The notes: generated from the letters alone by a model not told the origin. A stretch of DNA of 61,457 bases from Phocaeicola dorei (GCA_963632375.1 CAVGUB010000111.1:81913-143369); one strand, 5' to 3'; numbered from the stretch's first letter, positions 23,353-35,789 are shown. Numbers and translations: made by a program.

Positions 23353-25553
23353 TATAAGTTTTTAATTGCATCGTTATAAGGATTACTATCAAAAAGTTGA
23401 GATGCTTCTAATTGAAGTTGCTTTTCTTTAACCTCGATAAGCTTCTCATTATGCTCCTTATCATCTTTGGCTTTCTTAGTATCTAAATCAATCCTTTGTT
23501 TTTCAAGATTTAACTTAGTCTCACTATTCTTATCAATAGTTTTATTAAGATTCTTGTTTTCCTCTTGAAGTTGTTGATTTTGTTTTTGAAGTTCTTTTGC
23601 TTGCTGAGTTAATTGATCTAATTGTTGTTTTAATTGACCAAGCATATTATTTTCTTGTTTCTTAGAAGCAACAGCATCGTTGATATAACCTTTCAGCTCT
23701 GTTATATTTTTAGATGTCATAATGTTAAATACCATTGTAGGATCAATTAATCCTGCTTTGATCATTTCTGTACTTGTTGCTTGTAATACTTGTTTATCCT
23801 GGAATGATTCTGTACTATCCAAAATATGAATATCAAAATCAGTCATAGTATAATACTCAGGTAAAGCAGTAAAGATTTGATTTAATCTAGTTCCATTTAT
23901 AATAGTTCCTGTAAATCCTTTTTTAAATACGAATTTAGCAAGATTTAAAATATCATAATTTACTTCTTTGTAAATAGCATCCATTGTGGAGAAATACTGC
24001 TTTGTTAGTAAAGAAGATTGTCTAATTCCAACCTTTACATTACTTACAGCATCTCTTTGTTGAATTCCGCCCAATTTCTCAGCAAATACACCTGTAATTG
24101 AACTAGCTTGTTGTTCAATACTTTGTAAAACCAATTCAAATGCTTGAACCGCTTGTGCACGAACAGAATCATCATATCCATTAAATGCAGTGTTTATAAG
24201 ATTAGCGCCATCTTGTGAAGAATCATATAAAGCAAGTCCCTGCTTTTTATACGCTAACCATTTTTGAAGCCTGTCTGGTAGCTCAACACCTAATGCGCTC
24301 GGCATGGATGCGATATCAACTCAATCTCCAGTTGTTCCAGATGAAGCTAATAGACTATCTCTAAAGAAGATTACGAGATCATATCGATCCTGCAGATCCA
24401 TTGTATTTAACACAATACTAAACGGATCTCCGTTTCGATCCGCAAGAAAAGCACCATTAATACTTAAAGTGCAATCCTTTGGATTTGATATAGATCGAGA
24501 GATGTATTTTGATTCACCTCTAACAATGTAAATCTCATCTCCAATCTTAACACCTTCGTGACGAGTTAGTCTGTTTTCTTTTTCATCATATACTAATCAT
24601 TCACACTCATAAACACAAATCAAATTGGTATTCGTGTTATACATATTAGTAGAAGTAGTTCTAAAAGGGGATACTTCCAAACCACCTAAAATACCTGGTG
24701 TGACAGTGTTCTGTGGAAGTGGTTCCATACTAGTGGTAACATATGTATAAACCTCATTTGTATTAGAAGATGAATGATAAAGTTTTTTAGATATTTTCTC
24801 TTTAGCTTCAGAAGATAATTCATCACCAAATTCTACCAAGATTTGTTCTCTAGTCATTCATCTTCTAACAACAGCTCTAGGCGATTTATTTAAATAAAAC
24901 TCACTATAGTTTCTTTCTATAAATGTGTCATTAGGATTTAATGCCTCAAATTTAATTGAAGTACCACTGTTAGAAGGTTTTACTCTATAATACGCAGTTC
25001 CTGTAACTAACAAATCAGTCAAAAGCTCTCGCATTTTATTTTTCATATCAATGTCACGAGAGTGTTTTGCATAATTTAAGATGTTTTGTGCTGCTAATTC
25101 ATATTCAGACACATAGCTTTTAGCAACATCATTTTTGACTCTGTTTAACTCTTGTTCGAAATACGGGTCGTTTACTGGTTCTTTACCTTCTTGAAAAACT
25201 TGTAAAATAGCATTTTGTAATTTCTCTTTATAGAAATTATATGCAGCTGTATCAATTTTCAATTGCTCATCACGCATAATATTTGATACAGTCTTTTCAT
25301 CTTTACAAGAAATTTGTAAATCAGGATCAAGTTCCAGGTATTCTCCAATTAACACATCAATATGCTTTTTAATCAAAGGTGTAAAACCTACAGATGTTGG
25401 AGTTCCTAAACCGTAATTCTCTTCAAGATGTCTAAATTGTTCCTCATCACGTATACAATGATAATAGTTATATGCTTTCTTTATTTGAGTTTTCTCATAA
25501 ACTAAATCAGCGATACATGAATTAATTTTCTCAATTTCAATATCTTTATTCAT
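23352..25553 (-). CDS. Portal protein (about 733 aa)
   Basis: Track ORFs 24858..25553, 24597..24857 and 23352..24305 share one frame. Hand translation of 24306-24596 shows only TGA interruptions (24597-24599, 24321-24323). The call rests on size and position just downstream of the terminase. Confidence 0.7.
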
Positions 25554-25815
25554 CTCGATATTCTTTTATAGCATTTCAAAACTTTATTTTATTCATTTTA
25601 CGAGTTTTCATTTCTTTTCGAATAAATTCTTTAAACTCTTCTTCTGTGCCTTGATATGCTAATTCAATTGGAGTAAACTCCAAATCTAAATAAAGGAATA
25701 ACCCTCATAAAGGAGGGTCTTCATTTTCATCTTTTTCTACTTTTAATTTCCCAATATATTTACAACCAATTGAATCCTCAATTAGTTGAAGAATGTCTTG
25801 TTCTATGCTTTCCAT
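25546..25815 (-). CDS. Small hypothetical protein (89 aa)
   Basis: ATG 25813-25815; two TGA. TAA 25546-25548 overlaps the portal start. Confidence 0.45.
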
Positions 25816-28022
25816 GAATTTGTCGGAATCACACCGTAACGTTTATAACCTCTTGCATCTGTATATCATCCAAAGTCTTTTCAGGTATTTTTAACTTGGG
25901 TTGTACTAGCTGGAATGATACCAGTCATATCTTCATCACCTAATTCTGCCATTTGCATTGATGCGATAATATCGAATTTTCTCTTATTTGCATAAGAATA
26001 ATTCAATAATTGGTCTAACATTTCTTCAAAATCAATAGTAGACCAAAAGTCATTTAAGAAATTGGCGATGAGCTCAAGACCATGTCTAATCATAGATTCA
26101 GTACCAGGTACACCTATTAAACGTTTATTGGATTTTGATTTTCGTAATGCGCCGGATATTGCTATAGCGGGTCTTGCCATTAAGAGGTTTTCTTTTCCAT
26201 GATCTCTAAAATATGTTTGAATCGATATTTTAGTATACTCTAACATTGCTTGACAATTATATCACGTAAGTAATTTCATTGTCAAATCATATGCTTGTCT
26301 TATATCATTAGGTCTATATTTATACATTGCAACATACTTTGCAGGACTAGACCCATATACTCTACGTTTTATAACAACACAAAAATCAGATACGTCACTA
26401 TCAGATGCAGAATCTTTACGTCCCATATCAATAGCATCTATACCTGCAACATATAAACCTTTCATTGGTCTACCGCTATCATCTGTAAGCGGTGGTTCAA
26501 CAACTAACAATGGAGATGATTGACTTTCTTTAGCAATTACTTTACTTCTTCCATTTTCGTAATTTAGATCTCATAACAATGATACATGTTTAGGTTTAGT
26601 ATAAGCATTTTGTGTTTTTATTTGTACTATTCGTTCTGCTATAATCGCAGCATCGAATACGTTGTCACCATGTTTAGAAAGTGCTTCTCTTGGTGTAAAA
26701 CAGTGTTCGGCACATTCATTTAAATAATCATTATCGGATAATTTTGCACGTTGCTCTTCATAGAATTTTTTAAATTCTGGTCAATTTGTTACTCCACGTG
26801 AATCAAGATATTTTGATGTCAACGCAAATTTATGAGCTGGCACAAAGAAGGCTGTAAGTTCTGGCCTACCATCATCAGAATCATAATTTTTATATGGTAA
26901 TATGTTATATCCTCTAGGATTAAGAAACATTGTTCGTAATCCTTCGAGCTTCATGTCGTCTCCTCCAGTACCGACTACAAACCTGGTTCCAAATCGTTCA
27001 CCACCTAATGATACAAGTGCATCACCTTTAATTCAGGATTCAGTTAAACATGGATTGGATCCACCCTCATCGAGAATTAATCTATCTACCCTCGATCCTC
27101 TGACTTTATCTGAAGTATCAGCTACAATACTTTGTATCTGAGAACCTCAACCAAATTCAACATTGTCTACAGTTTTCTTTGAAGCGCGTTTTGTATCATT
27201 ATTGTTAACAACTTGTCTAACATGCCGCATACCGCCACCGGTATTCATATTAAGTCAGTCTAACTGTCTTCAACATTTTTCGCGCAAAGGTGCTAATTTA
27301 GCATCTGCTGCGCAGGATATAATCACATCGTAATTAGGAATAACGGTATAAGGTCTTACAGCTAAATCAGCTAAGATTTCAGAAAAACCAATACCTCTAG
27401 CTTTTAATGCACCAACATCTTTCTTCAGTTTTTCTGCCATTTCAATATAATGAAAAAATTCATATTGTTTGGAAAGAAAACCTGGAAAAGATTCCATACG
27501 ACCCTTACCTGCTGTAGAACTTTCCTTTACAACTTCCATTCTATAATAATTTAGGAAGAAGTAATGATCTCCAGTTATTCTATATTTTCCTACAGTATAT
27601 CCATTTTTACATCGATCAACTTCTTTATTCCAAAACTCTCGTCACTTTTTTGTGCCCTTTGGAAATTCGGTATATTTACCTGTTCTATCATAAACTTCGC
27701 CAGTAACTTTAAATGGGGTAGGATCAAAATCTAATCCACTTTCCATAGTAATGGGTCTATAACCTGTAATCTCGTAAGAAAGTTCTGGATCAAAGTATTC
27801 AATTTCCTCTGTAATTGGTACATCCCATTTTTCACCGGGTCTTGCTTTATGAACACTTGTTTCTGATTGTAAAATTGATTCTTTATCTAACTCATTGTTA
27901 TTTTGAGTCTCCTCAAACAATTGTCTTTTTAACTCCTCCTCATAATTTTCACTAAATGTCATTGCTTTTTCCTCAAGACGTTTAGCTTTTTGTATAGGAG
28001 TTTCCATTTTCACAACGCTCAT
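25803..28022 (-). CDS. Terminase large subunit (about 739 aa)
   Basis: Track ORFs 27642..28022, 27270..27539, 26262..26510 and 25881..26246 are in one frame. I hand-translated 26880-27270 and 25803-25881. Motifs include ITGDHYFFLNYYRM, RVDRLILDEGG and GLYVAGIDAIDMG. Ends at TAG 25803-25805. Confidence 0.85.
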
Positions 28023-28033
28023 ATTTTCAGATA

Positions 28034-28612
28034 TTAATCCAAGAAACCTAATTCAGCATCACCTCGTACTTTATCTCCACTAGCAGCAAGATCACTTTTA
28101 TGCATCGTTTCAAGCTCTTTTAACTGCTTACGAATTTCTGAAATTGATTTTATGTCTGCAATAACATCTTTAGGTTTGTATAAAGGTCTACCATCAGCAT
28201 CTACATCCATATTAAAATCAATATTATCCAAAAATACTTGCATTTTGTGCAATGTTTTATATGCTGTTTGTATTAATGAAAGTATAGGATCAGCATCACG
28301 TATCTCTTGATATTTATGATAAGCTTTTAAAAACGTTTCGTCTTTCAAATCTTTTTCAGATAAACCTGAATCATCTAAAGCAGCTTCATGTTTATCTTTC
28401 TCCAAATATTGAAAATAAGGAGATTTGAAATCCAAAACCAAGTAGATATAAGTTAATTCCTTATATGCTCTCAGTCTTCGCTTTCCTGTCTTATCCTCTT
28501 TACATTTGTTTCGATCAATATCTCAAAGAGCGTTAAATTCCTTAACTAATAGAATACTATATTCTTCTATTGTTAACTTGTTTTCTGAGTTGTCATATAC
28601 AAAAAAATTCAT
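28034..28612 (-). CDS. Possible terminase small subunit (192 aa)
   Basis: ATG 28610-28612; one TGA at 28523-28525. Joins track ORF 28034..28441. The call is positional only. Confidence 0.4.
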
Positions 28613-28707
28613 ATTTAAAAATTTAACATTAATCCATATTTTTGTTTTGCAACAAAAATACAATTAATATTTGATATATGCAAATATTTTAATTTGTATA
28701 TACAATA

Positions 28708-28738
28708 AAAGCACCCAAAGTAATACTTTGAGTGCTTT
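28708..28738 (-). terminator. Intrinsic terminator
   Basis: GCACCCAAAGT aat ACTTTGAGTGC, followed on the minus strand by a T run. It lies after TAG 28767-28769. Confidence 0.55.
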
Positions 28739-28766
28739 AAATATTATTTTCACCAATTATATAAAC

Positions 28767-30178
28767 CTAACGTCGGCGCATAAGTGCAGATAGTCCCGCA
28801 TTCATACCGCCTACAATTCCCATTTTAGCTTCAACAGGTGCGGTAAGTAATCCATTAAATCCTGCTGCTATTGCTGTAGGTGCAACAATAGAACCTAAAA
28901 TAGGTAAAGCGGATTTCTCTCGTTCTTCATGTGCAGCATCTGCTACATCGTTAGCAATCATTTCTTTAGTCTTAGTTCTCGTTGTTACTTTTTTACGTTG
29001 TTCTGGAGTCATCATACCATAGATACGATTAATATAGAAGGCACCAGTATCACCAGAATTATGTAAAATTTCTCTAAACATTGAAGCATTTTTATTATTC
29101 TCATCAAAGAATTCTTCTGGATGATCGTAGTAATAAAGCTCTAAATTTAGAAATGATTCTGGAGTAATGTCACGTACAGTTTTTGGACGACCATAAGCAA
29201 CCATATCACCAACTTCAGTTCTATATGTTGGTTTATAAGAACCTTTATTTACTATATCAGATGATAATACACGTTGGATACTATTTGTATTGTAACCCCA
29301 CATACCATCTGCGGTTAGGTTATGTTTACGTTGATATTGCATAATAGCATTTCTGGTTTGTGGCCCTATTTTACCATCAATATCAACATCGTAACCTTGC
29401 CCTGCTAAGAATGTTTGAATTTTTGCAATATCTCCGCTAGTGAAGTTTCTGTAAAAGCCCCCCCATTCTGGAATTTCTTAGTTTTAGGAAATTCTGAATG
29501 TATAGCATTTAATATTCCTGAATTAACCAATCTCTTCAGCAATGCATTATATCTTGGTGTTCCAGGAATCATATATTCTTCAACATTACCATCTGGTTGT
29601 GTGCCTGGTTCAGGATATGATTGAATAATAACGGTATCTCTCTTTTCAGGATCGATGGTATATTGTGTTTCTGCTGAATTACCACGAACAGCTTCACTTA
29701 AAAAAATTCGTTGTCTCCCAGTTTTAGGATCAACTTTAGCATAAATATGACGGTGGGTAATGCCTTCGTTAGGAAGATCATATAAATCAGTAGTGTTAAA
29801 TAAATTTTTTAATCCACCCATAAATGTATCAGGGTATACAGCCATTACAGCTCCCCCTTCTTGTTTTTTTGCTATAGGTTTTTTAGAAACCAGGGCTTCT
29901 AGTTTAGAACCTTTTTCGAACATTTTTGTTTGTTTTTGTGATGCTGCTTTATAAGCAGCGTTTATATCATCTGTGTATTTAGAATAAATTGTACAAATAC
30001 TATTTAACAATTGCTCATCTTTCTGAACCATTTTAACAGCATCTTCTGGTTTTTCTTTTATTGAAGCAACTAACTCGTCTGGAAAGTCAGAACCTAGTTC
30101 TTTGAATATTTGCTGATAAATCTCAGGTACTCCACAGAAAGTTGTTATTGCATTATTTACAAGTTCTTCGTTATTCAT
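28767..30178 (-). CDS. Peptidoglycan-binding-domain protein with a C-terminal hydrophobic Gly-rich tail, in two frames
   Basis: ORF 29405..30178 and the frame open from 29477 to 28767 overlap at a G7 run (29458-29464). The downstream frame has no start codon before its PG_binding_1-like motif (DIAKIQTFLAGQGYDVDIDGKIGPQT...LTADGMWG). A -1 shift or a 1-nt indel fuses them. Confidence 0.5.
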
Positions 30179-30404
30179 TATTTACATGTATTAAATCCTT
30201 TGTAGAAAAAATAGCTTCTTGTAATTCTTGATTTAAGTTAAATCATCTACATTTAATTCCTACAAATGAAGTTTCTATTTTACCATCTTGAAGTTTTATA
30301 GATCTTTCTACTTTTTCACTCACTAACATTTTATTTGGTTTGTTCTGTAAAGGATGTTTAATTGTAACAATATCCCCAGGAACAAAATAAATTTTCTCTT
30401 CCAT
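30171..30404 (-). CDS. DUF2158-like small protein (77 aa)
   Basis: MEEKIYFVPGDIVTIKHP...GIKCRWFN, where the W is TGA 30243-30245. The pattern G-D-x-V-x-x-K...C-x-W-F matches that family as I recall it. Confidence 0.55.
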
Positions 30405-30410
30405 ATTTTT

Positions 30411-30794
30411 TTATTTTTTTACGAATCGGCACATAATATTGGCCTCATCCAACATATATCAATTTTTCTTTCTAAATGGAACTGGAACTGCAATATGCTT
30501 TACAGCACATACATCTTCACCTGGATTGCAGTTTTTACAAGCAGGACCGACTGCAATAATCTTTCCCACAGCTACATATTCCTCTGAATCTTCTATCTCT
30601 CCAGTTTCATTTGATTTATATTTTTTAGTACTTTCAACACCAAGAATCAAACCTTCTGATGTAGTTTCAATTGTTCTATAAGGATTCTCTCTATAAAACT
30701 CAACTATAACGTTTCTGTTGCAAGGAACAACATCTACTTCGTCTGTGTTTATATTTTGTATACTTCTTTTTAAGATATTATCAGCTATATTCAT
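30411..30794 (-). CDS. GroES/Cpn10-like co-chaperonin
   Basis: NRNVIVEF...TTSEGLILG...VAVGKIIAVGP...PGEDV follows the GroES pattern. Track ORF 30459..30794 extended through TGA 30459-30461 to TAA 30411-30413. Confidence 0.45.
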
Positions 30795-30798
30795 ATTA

Positions 30799-31005
30799 TC
30801 ATTTATTTAAGGGACATTTTTCATCTATTACTCTTGTCTTTGCTCCAAGTTCACACCAACATTCTGAACAAAAATATACGTTCTTAGTTAATTGTACTCG
30901 TTTTTCACATTTATTACAATGTTCGATTCTAGCTTTATAAAGCTTATTGTTTCTATGGGTTATTCTATAAAACCAACCCATTATAATATTCAAAGGTTTT
31001 ATCAT
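30799..31005 (-). CDS. Zinc-ribbon protein (68 aa)
   Basis: Intact ORF with CNKC...CSEC Cys pairs. Confidence 0.5.
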   Translation of the reverse strand: MIKPLNIIMGWFYRITHRNNKLYKARIEHCNKCEKRVQLTKNVYFCSECWCELGAKTRVIDEKCPLNK

Positions 31006-31214
31006 TTTTTAAATTGACAATGACTATTAGGATTTAATGCTTTCTGTCTTAATAAACATCCGCATCCTCTTTTATATCCTGGCTTAGGTAAATAAGAAAT
31101 TTCATCTTGCATGTTCATATATTTATCACTATCGCAAGTTGGTCCAAATGTTCCTTTCTTATAAAGTGGACATTTTTTACAAATTTCCAACCTGCTTAAC
31201 ATTAACTCACTCAT
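31002..31214 (-). CDS. Cys-rich small protein (70 aa)
   Basis: Intact ORF with CKKCP...C...CGC...C. Confidence 0.5.
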   Translation of the reverse strand: MSELMLSRLEICKKCPLYKKGTFGPTCDSDKYMNMQDEISYLPKPGYKRGCGCLLRQKALNPNSHCQFKK

Positions 31215-32149
31215 TATTTTACAAATGGTTTATCCTTATCTAATTCTTCTTTTATTTTTAATTGTTTCTTATAATGAGACAGAAGTCTTTCAACTTCTGT
31301 TTTCAAATATTTACATTCAATAAACTTCTCATTATTATCATGGTCAATCCAATGTAAAGCCAAACGCTTTATTTTATAATCCGGATGGATTTGCTGCACC
31401 ATTCACGCATATATTGACAATTGCATGGTGTAATGCATATAATTACAATCATCTAGATTATTAAGTGGATATTTCATTTTAACAGATTGTTTTGTATTCT
31501 GATTATAGTAAGATTTCATGTCAATCTTACTATTTGTTTTGTGGTCTTGTATAACAACTTCCTTATTATCAATAATTAACAAATCAACCTGTCCAATTAA
31601 AAATATGTCATCGTCAGAATAAGAAATCATGTATTCGGGATAAACTCCATTTTTTAGTTCTCGTGAGTAATTACCTTCATAAACATCTAGATAACCTCCG
31701 ATTCCAAATTTCTTAATAGAAGGGTCTTTTTTATATAAAGATTCCTCTATAGCAGCATGTATTTTCGTACCTCGTTCACAAGCAATTCTCTTTTTCTCTT
31801 CATAAGAATCTAGAATTTCTTGTTTTTTCTTTAAAAATTCTTCCTCAGGTATATTAAATTTAGTAATATATCTATGATCGAATTTCTTTGTAGTCAATAA
31901 AACCTTTTTAATTTGAATTCATGTTTGCATATCCATTAACTGTTCTAGTGCCTTATAAGAAGCCCAGAAATCTCCATCAAATGGTTGTTCATATTCCCCA
32001 ATTAATGTTGTAACAGATATTCCTTTTCTACCAGTCTTCTTTTCATAATACTCGTGTGTATCATCAAAGAATACTGCTTCTTCATTTTCTTTGTCCACAA
32101 TTTTACCTTTATAGGTACTGTGTTCTTTTCCGTCTTGTAACCTTGGCAT
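31214..32149 (-). CDS. PD-(D/E)XK (RecB/Cas4-like) exonuclease (about 311 aa)
   Basis: Track ORFs 31919..32149, 31403..31897 and 31214..31402 are one frame, joined by TGA 31919-31921 and TGA 31403-31405. Motifs: GTKIHAAIE, GQVDLLII, IQDHKT, YTMQLSIYA-W. Confidence 0.7.
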
Positions 32150-32178
32150 ATTTTCATTAACATTAACATTAAAAATCT

Positions 32179-32619
32179 TTATTCAGATTTATCTTTTTTC
32201 ATGCAAATAATCTCACATCTTATGGGGTCATAATTTGGAGTAACTTCACCTTTCTTTAATTGTTGGATCCAAAGTTCTCCACTTCCTCTGGAGGGGGGCA
32301 TGCGATGAGAGCATCCACAATTACCGCAGATATAAGTTGTTGCCAATGATAAATCCTTTTGTAAGTCTGTTATTTTTTCTCTTAATTTTTCAATTTCCGC
32401 TTCTCTTTGAGAATTAACTTCTTGAAAGTGATCGTTTGATTTTCTTATTTCTTCTATAGCGTCACGCATTGTAGCTACAGCAGTACTTTCTGTATTAGCT
32501 TCTGTTGCCTGATTTTCTAGTTCAGGTTTTTTCTTAGTAGCTTTTCAATTTATTCAAAACATTGAACCACCTCCAAATATAACTCCCAAAAAAGCAGTTA
32601 TAATTGATACTCAATCCAT
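32179..32619 (-). CDS. N-terminal TM plus coiled-coil protein (holin/spanin-like candidate)
   Basis: ATG 32617-32619. MDWVSIITAFLGVIFGGGSMFWINW has three TGA-encoded W. Joins track ORF 32179..32469. Divergent from the lysozyme-like gene. Confidence 0.5.
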
Positions 32620-32738
32620 TATGTATTTATAATTAAGTTTTACTATATACTATTTATTTGTCCAGATACAAAATTACAAAAATTATTTTTTAATATCAAA
32701 TATTATATATAGATTTGTATAATATAAAATTATATAAT

Positions 32739-33671
32739 ATGCCAAATTTTTACATACAACACATTTTAGGAGTTCCATATACAACCGATGAAAACGGTTA
32801 TAATTGATTTGAAGCTGAGGTAGATCCAGATGGGCATGGTTATTCTCGAAACCCTACAACAGGAAGGCTTTTAAAATCTACAGATCATCCAACCTTTTAT
32901 AAAACTATAGCCGGGGAAAGAGGACAAGGGACTACTTGATATAAAGATAAAAATGGAGATATATACACATTTGAAGAAGAACCACCACAATATCCTTGAC
33001 CTTCTTTTGAAAAAATAGAAACACCATCTGCAGGAACAATAAAAGGTACAGGGAATAGGAATTATGTTTTAGATAATTTAGCTTATATATACAAGAGATT
33101 TAAAGAAGCAGGAATTCCATATAAACAGAATATTGCTTTACTTGCCAATATAGCTGAAGAAAGTGGTGGAGTTCATTCTACATATAATGATTCTAAAAAC
33201 TATTATGGTTTAATACAATGAGAACCAAAACGTTATAATCGTCACGCTAAGGATGATTCTTTGGACAAACAAATCAACCATATAATAAATACAATTAATA
33301 ATACAACTGACCAACAAAGCTGAACAGATGGTGGGGAAGGTTCAGGTTACAAATCTTATAAAAATGCTCGCGAAGATTTTTCTAGTGATGATCCTAAAAG
33401 AATTGTTAGAGGTGTGACATTAGGGTATGTTAGACCTGAAGGAAAATTAGATTCTGTAAAAAATAGACAAGTGGCGTACGATAAACTTGCTGATATGTTT
33501 GCAGAATATAAAGACGGTGGTTCTATTCACATAAAACCAGAAAATGAAGGAAAATTAACTAGATTGAAGCAACGTACAGGTAAGACAGAATCTGAACTTT
33601 GATCTGAAGGAAATCCTTCTGTTAGAAAGATGATTACATTTGCTAGAAATGCAAGAAAATGATCTAAATAA
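32739..33671 (+). CDS. Lysozyme-like cell-wall hydrolase (310 aa)
   Basis: ATG 32739. Seven in-frame TGA and no TGG codon. NIAEESGG...YYGLIQ-W resembles the phage tail lysozyme (lysozyme2-type) motif. TAA at 33669-33671. Confidence 0.6.
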
Positions 33672-34051
33672 TGAAAGAATTAAAATTAAAATATAGCTCT
33701 TGACTTCCATTTGATGGTTATTATGCAATAACCTTATTTGGTTGTTTAGTTAGAAGGAATAAATATAAAAATACACCAGTTTCAAAAGTTACTTATAATC
33801 ATGAATCAATACATGTAGCACAAGCTTATGATTTTGGAATTGGATTTTGTGGTTATTTTATATTCTATATATTATATATATTAGAATGATTAATCAAAGT
33901 ACTCGTTTCTGTTTTTACTCTATTTAAAGTACAAGCATATAGAAGTATTTCCTTTGAACAAGAAGCGTATGATAATCAAATATATTTAGATTATCTTCAA
34001 AATAGAAAAAGATTTAGTTGATTAAAATACATATTCACCGTTGTGAAATAA
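33671..34051 (+). CDS. Membrane protein with HExxH motif (126 aa)
   Basis: ATG overlaps the previous TAA as TAATG. Three TGA. NHESIHVAQ motif plus hydrophobic segments. Confidence 0.5.
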
Positions 34052-34057
34052 AACAAT

Positions 34058-34089
34058 AAAAGCTAGGCACTTATTTGTGTCTAGCTTTT
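34058..34089. terminator. Bidirectional hairpin between convergent genes
   Basis: AAAAGCTAGGCAC ttattt GTGTCTAGCTTTT. Confidence 0.6.
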
Positions 34090-34421
34090 ATTTTATATAA
34101 TTCTAAGATTAAAACAATAAACACCAATACATATATAACATTTACAATAATACAAAGTTCTTTAATGATTATAATCTTTACATCTATCCAAATTGTTCCT
34201 ATAAAATTATGAACAATAAAACTTCTATGTAAATTACAGAATCCTAATTCACTTGATGCGCTATAAAATACAACTGTAGTGATTACAGATGTACCGCTTA
34301 TATCATTTATATATGATTTACTTCAAGAATATTTATGAACAGCAATATAACTAGTTAATATAAAACTAATTACAATAGGTCCAAATTTAAGGAACCTTAT
34401 AAAGAAAGAATTCCGTTTCAT
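34071..34421 (-). CDS. Multi-TM small membrane protein (holin candidate, 116 aa)
   Basis: ATG 34419-34421; one TGA. Several hydrophobic stretches. TAA 34071-34073 lies inside the terminator hairpin. Confidence 0.5.
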
Positions 34422-34423
34422 AT

Positions 34424-34711
34424 CTATTTACCATAGATATCCTTATTTAATCAGTATTTTTCTTTAAACCCTTTTTGGTCTCTACCTTTTGGAATCTTTC
34501 CTTCTTTAACCCAATTATCAAATGTAGCTCTACTTATCTTCAGATTATCACAAGCTTGTGCTTTGCTAATCTTTTGTTCTGGATTTGCATATATTCTTAG
34601 CATATCTAAACTTGATAAAATCTGAGCCTCTGACATATTACAAGAACCATTATCTATTTGATTGATAATGCTTTGTAATATAGATTTAATAACTTGGAGC
34701 GGAGGTTCCAT
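34424..34711 (-). CDS. Helix-turn-helix DNA-binding protein
   Basis: ISKAQACDNLKISRATFDNWVKEGKIP is excisionase/MerR-type HTH-like. Track ORF extended through TGA 34451-34453 to TAG 34424-34426. Confidence 0.55.
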
Positions 34712-34735
34712 AATAAAAATAATTTAATTAAATAT

Positions 34736-35158
34736 CTATTTTACTTTTAGATTGAAAACTTGATTTCTTTGAAAGCCCATGTTATTATACAATCCTAAGT
34801 GGACTCATTGAACAAATCCACTTTTTTCAATAATACATTGGTCTACCTTTTTATCTTTTAAATAATTGACAACAAATGATTTGAATGTTTCAAAACTTCC
34901 AGATGTAGGTTGTAAATCTACAGCGTTACCTGTTAAATGGGCAGATGTTGATTTTCCTCCTACAGCTTCATTAAGTTCCGGGCATCTAAAACCAGACGTT
35001 ACTTTAATTGGTTTACCTCACGCTTCTCTTAATGGATTTAAAAAAGAAATCAATCTTTCTAAATTTTTAGTTTGTTCTGCATTAGGTGTATTGTCAATTT
35101 TTAATTTAGCGGCTGTTGTAGATGCACATAATTCCTTTACCGTAAAATATTGTTTCAT
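34736..35158 (-). CDS. Peptidase M15 (VanY-like) endolysin (140 aa)
   Basis: Hand translation gives ...[40 protein letters not shown]..., the zinc D,D/L-Ala-D-Glu peptidase signature. Two TGA; TAG 34736-34738. The plus-strand track ORF 34866..35183 is its mirror. Confidence 0.8.
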
Positions 35159-35159
35159 A

Positions 35160-35789
35160 TTAAATAGAATTATAAACAGCTAAAAGTTTCTTAACATAAT
35201 CTGGGTCTGTGGCATATCCAGCATTTTTAACTCTTGTATAAAAGTCTTGTGCTGTTTTGTTTCCTGTAAATGCTCTATATCTAGATCCATTTAACAATGC
35301 AATTTTAGCGTTTGCATAATCTTCCATGGAATCATAATTCCTGAACCTTTGCGTAATTGGATTCCCATTTGCATCGTGGTCAGCACCTTCTGTGTAAGAA
35401 GCTGTTGTATCTGAGCCCACTGTAATATTCCCATAATTATATCTTCCAGCATAAGATTTGCCATAGTTTGATTCCAAAGCATCTTGTGCAACTAAATATT
35501 TTGCATAATCAGTTGAAATACCGGCTTTTGTTAATGCTGAAGCATAGGCATTTGTTAAATCTCTAACAAAATCAGATCTATTAGAATATTTAACTTCATC
35601 AGCAGACATTGATATAGGTTCTTCTACTTCGTCTACAGGTAAACGATATTGAGGCTGATATCCAAACATTCCTTCAGGAACATCTACAGATACTGGATTA
35701 AATCTAGTATCTAGATCATAGTTATGATAAGGAACTTCGTCCTCAGTTTCTTGCTTATTTACTGTATTTAAATATACTATACTATTCAT
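35160..35789 (-). CDS. Glucosaminidase/muramidase-like peptidoglycan hydrolase
   Basis: Intact 209-aa ORF. AQDALESNYGKS...YNYGNI...RFRNYDSMEDYANAKIALL resembles the FlgJ/LytD-type glucosaminidase domain. Confidence 0.6.
   Translation of the reverse strand: MNSIVYLNTVNKQETEDEVPYHNYDLDTRFNPVSVDVPEGMFGYQPQYRLPVDEVEEPISMSADEVKYSNRSDFVRDLTNAYASALTKAGISTDYAKYLVAQDALESNYGKSYAGRYNYGNITVGSDTTASYTEGADHDANGNPITQRFRNYDSMEDYANAKIALLNGSRYRAFTGNKTAQDFYTRVKNAGYATDPDYVKKLLAVYNSI

Noticed and set aside
34866-35183. 105-aa plus-strand ORF
   Set aside because: The opposite strand, read with TGA=Trp, encodes a complete M15 peptidase with the SGFRC...H..G.A.D signature, so the plus-strand ORF is a mirror artefact.
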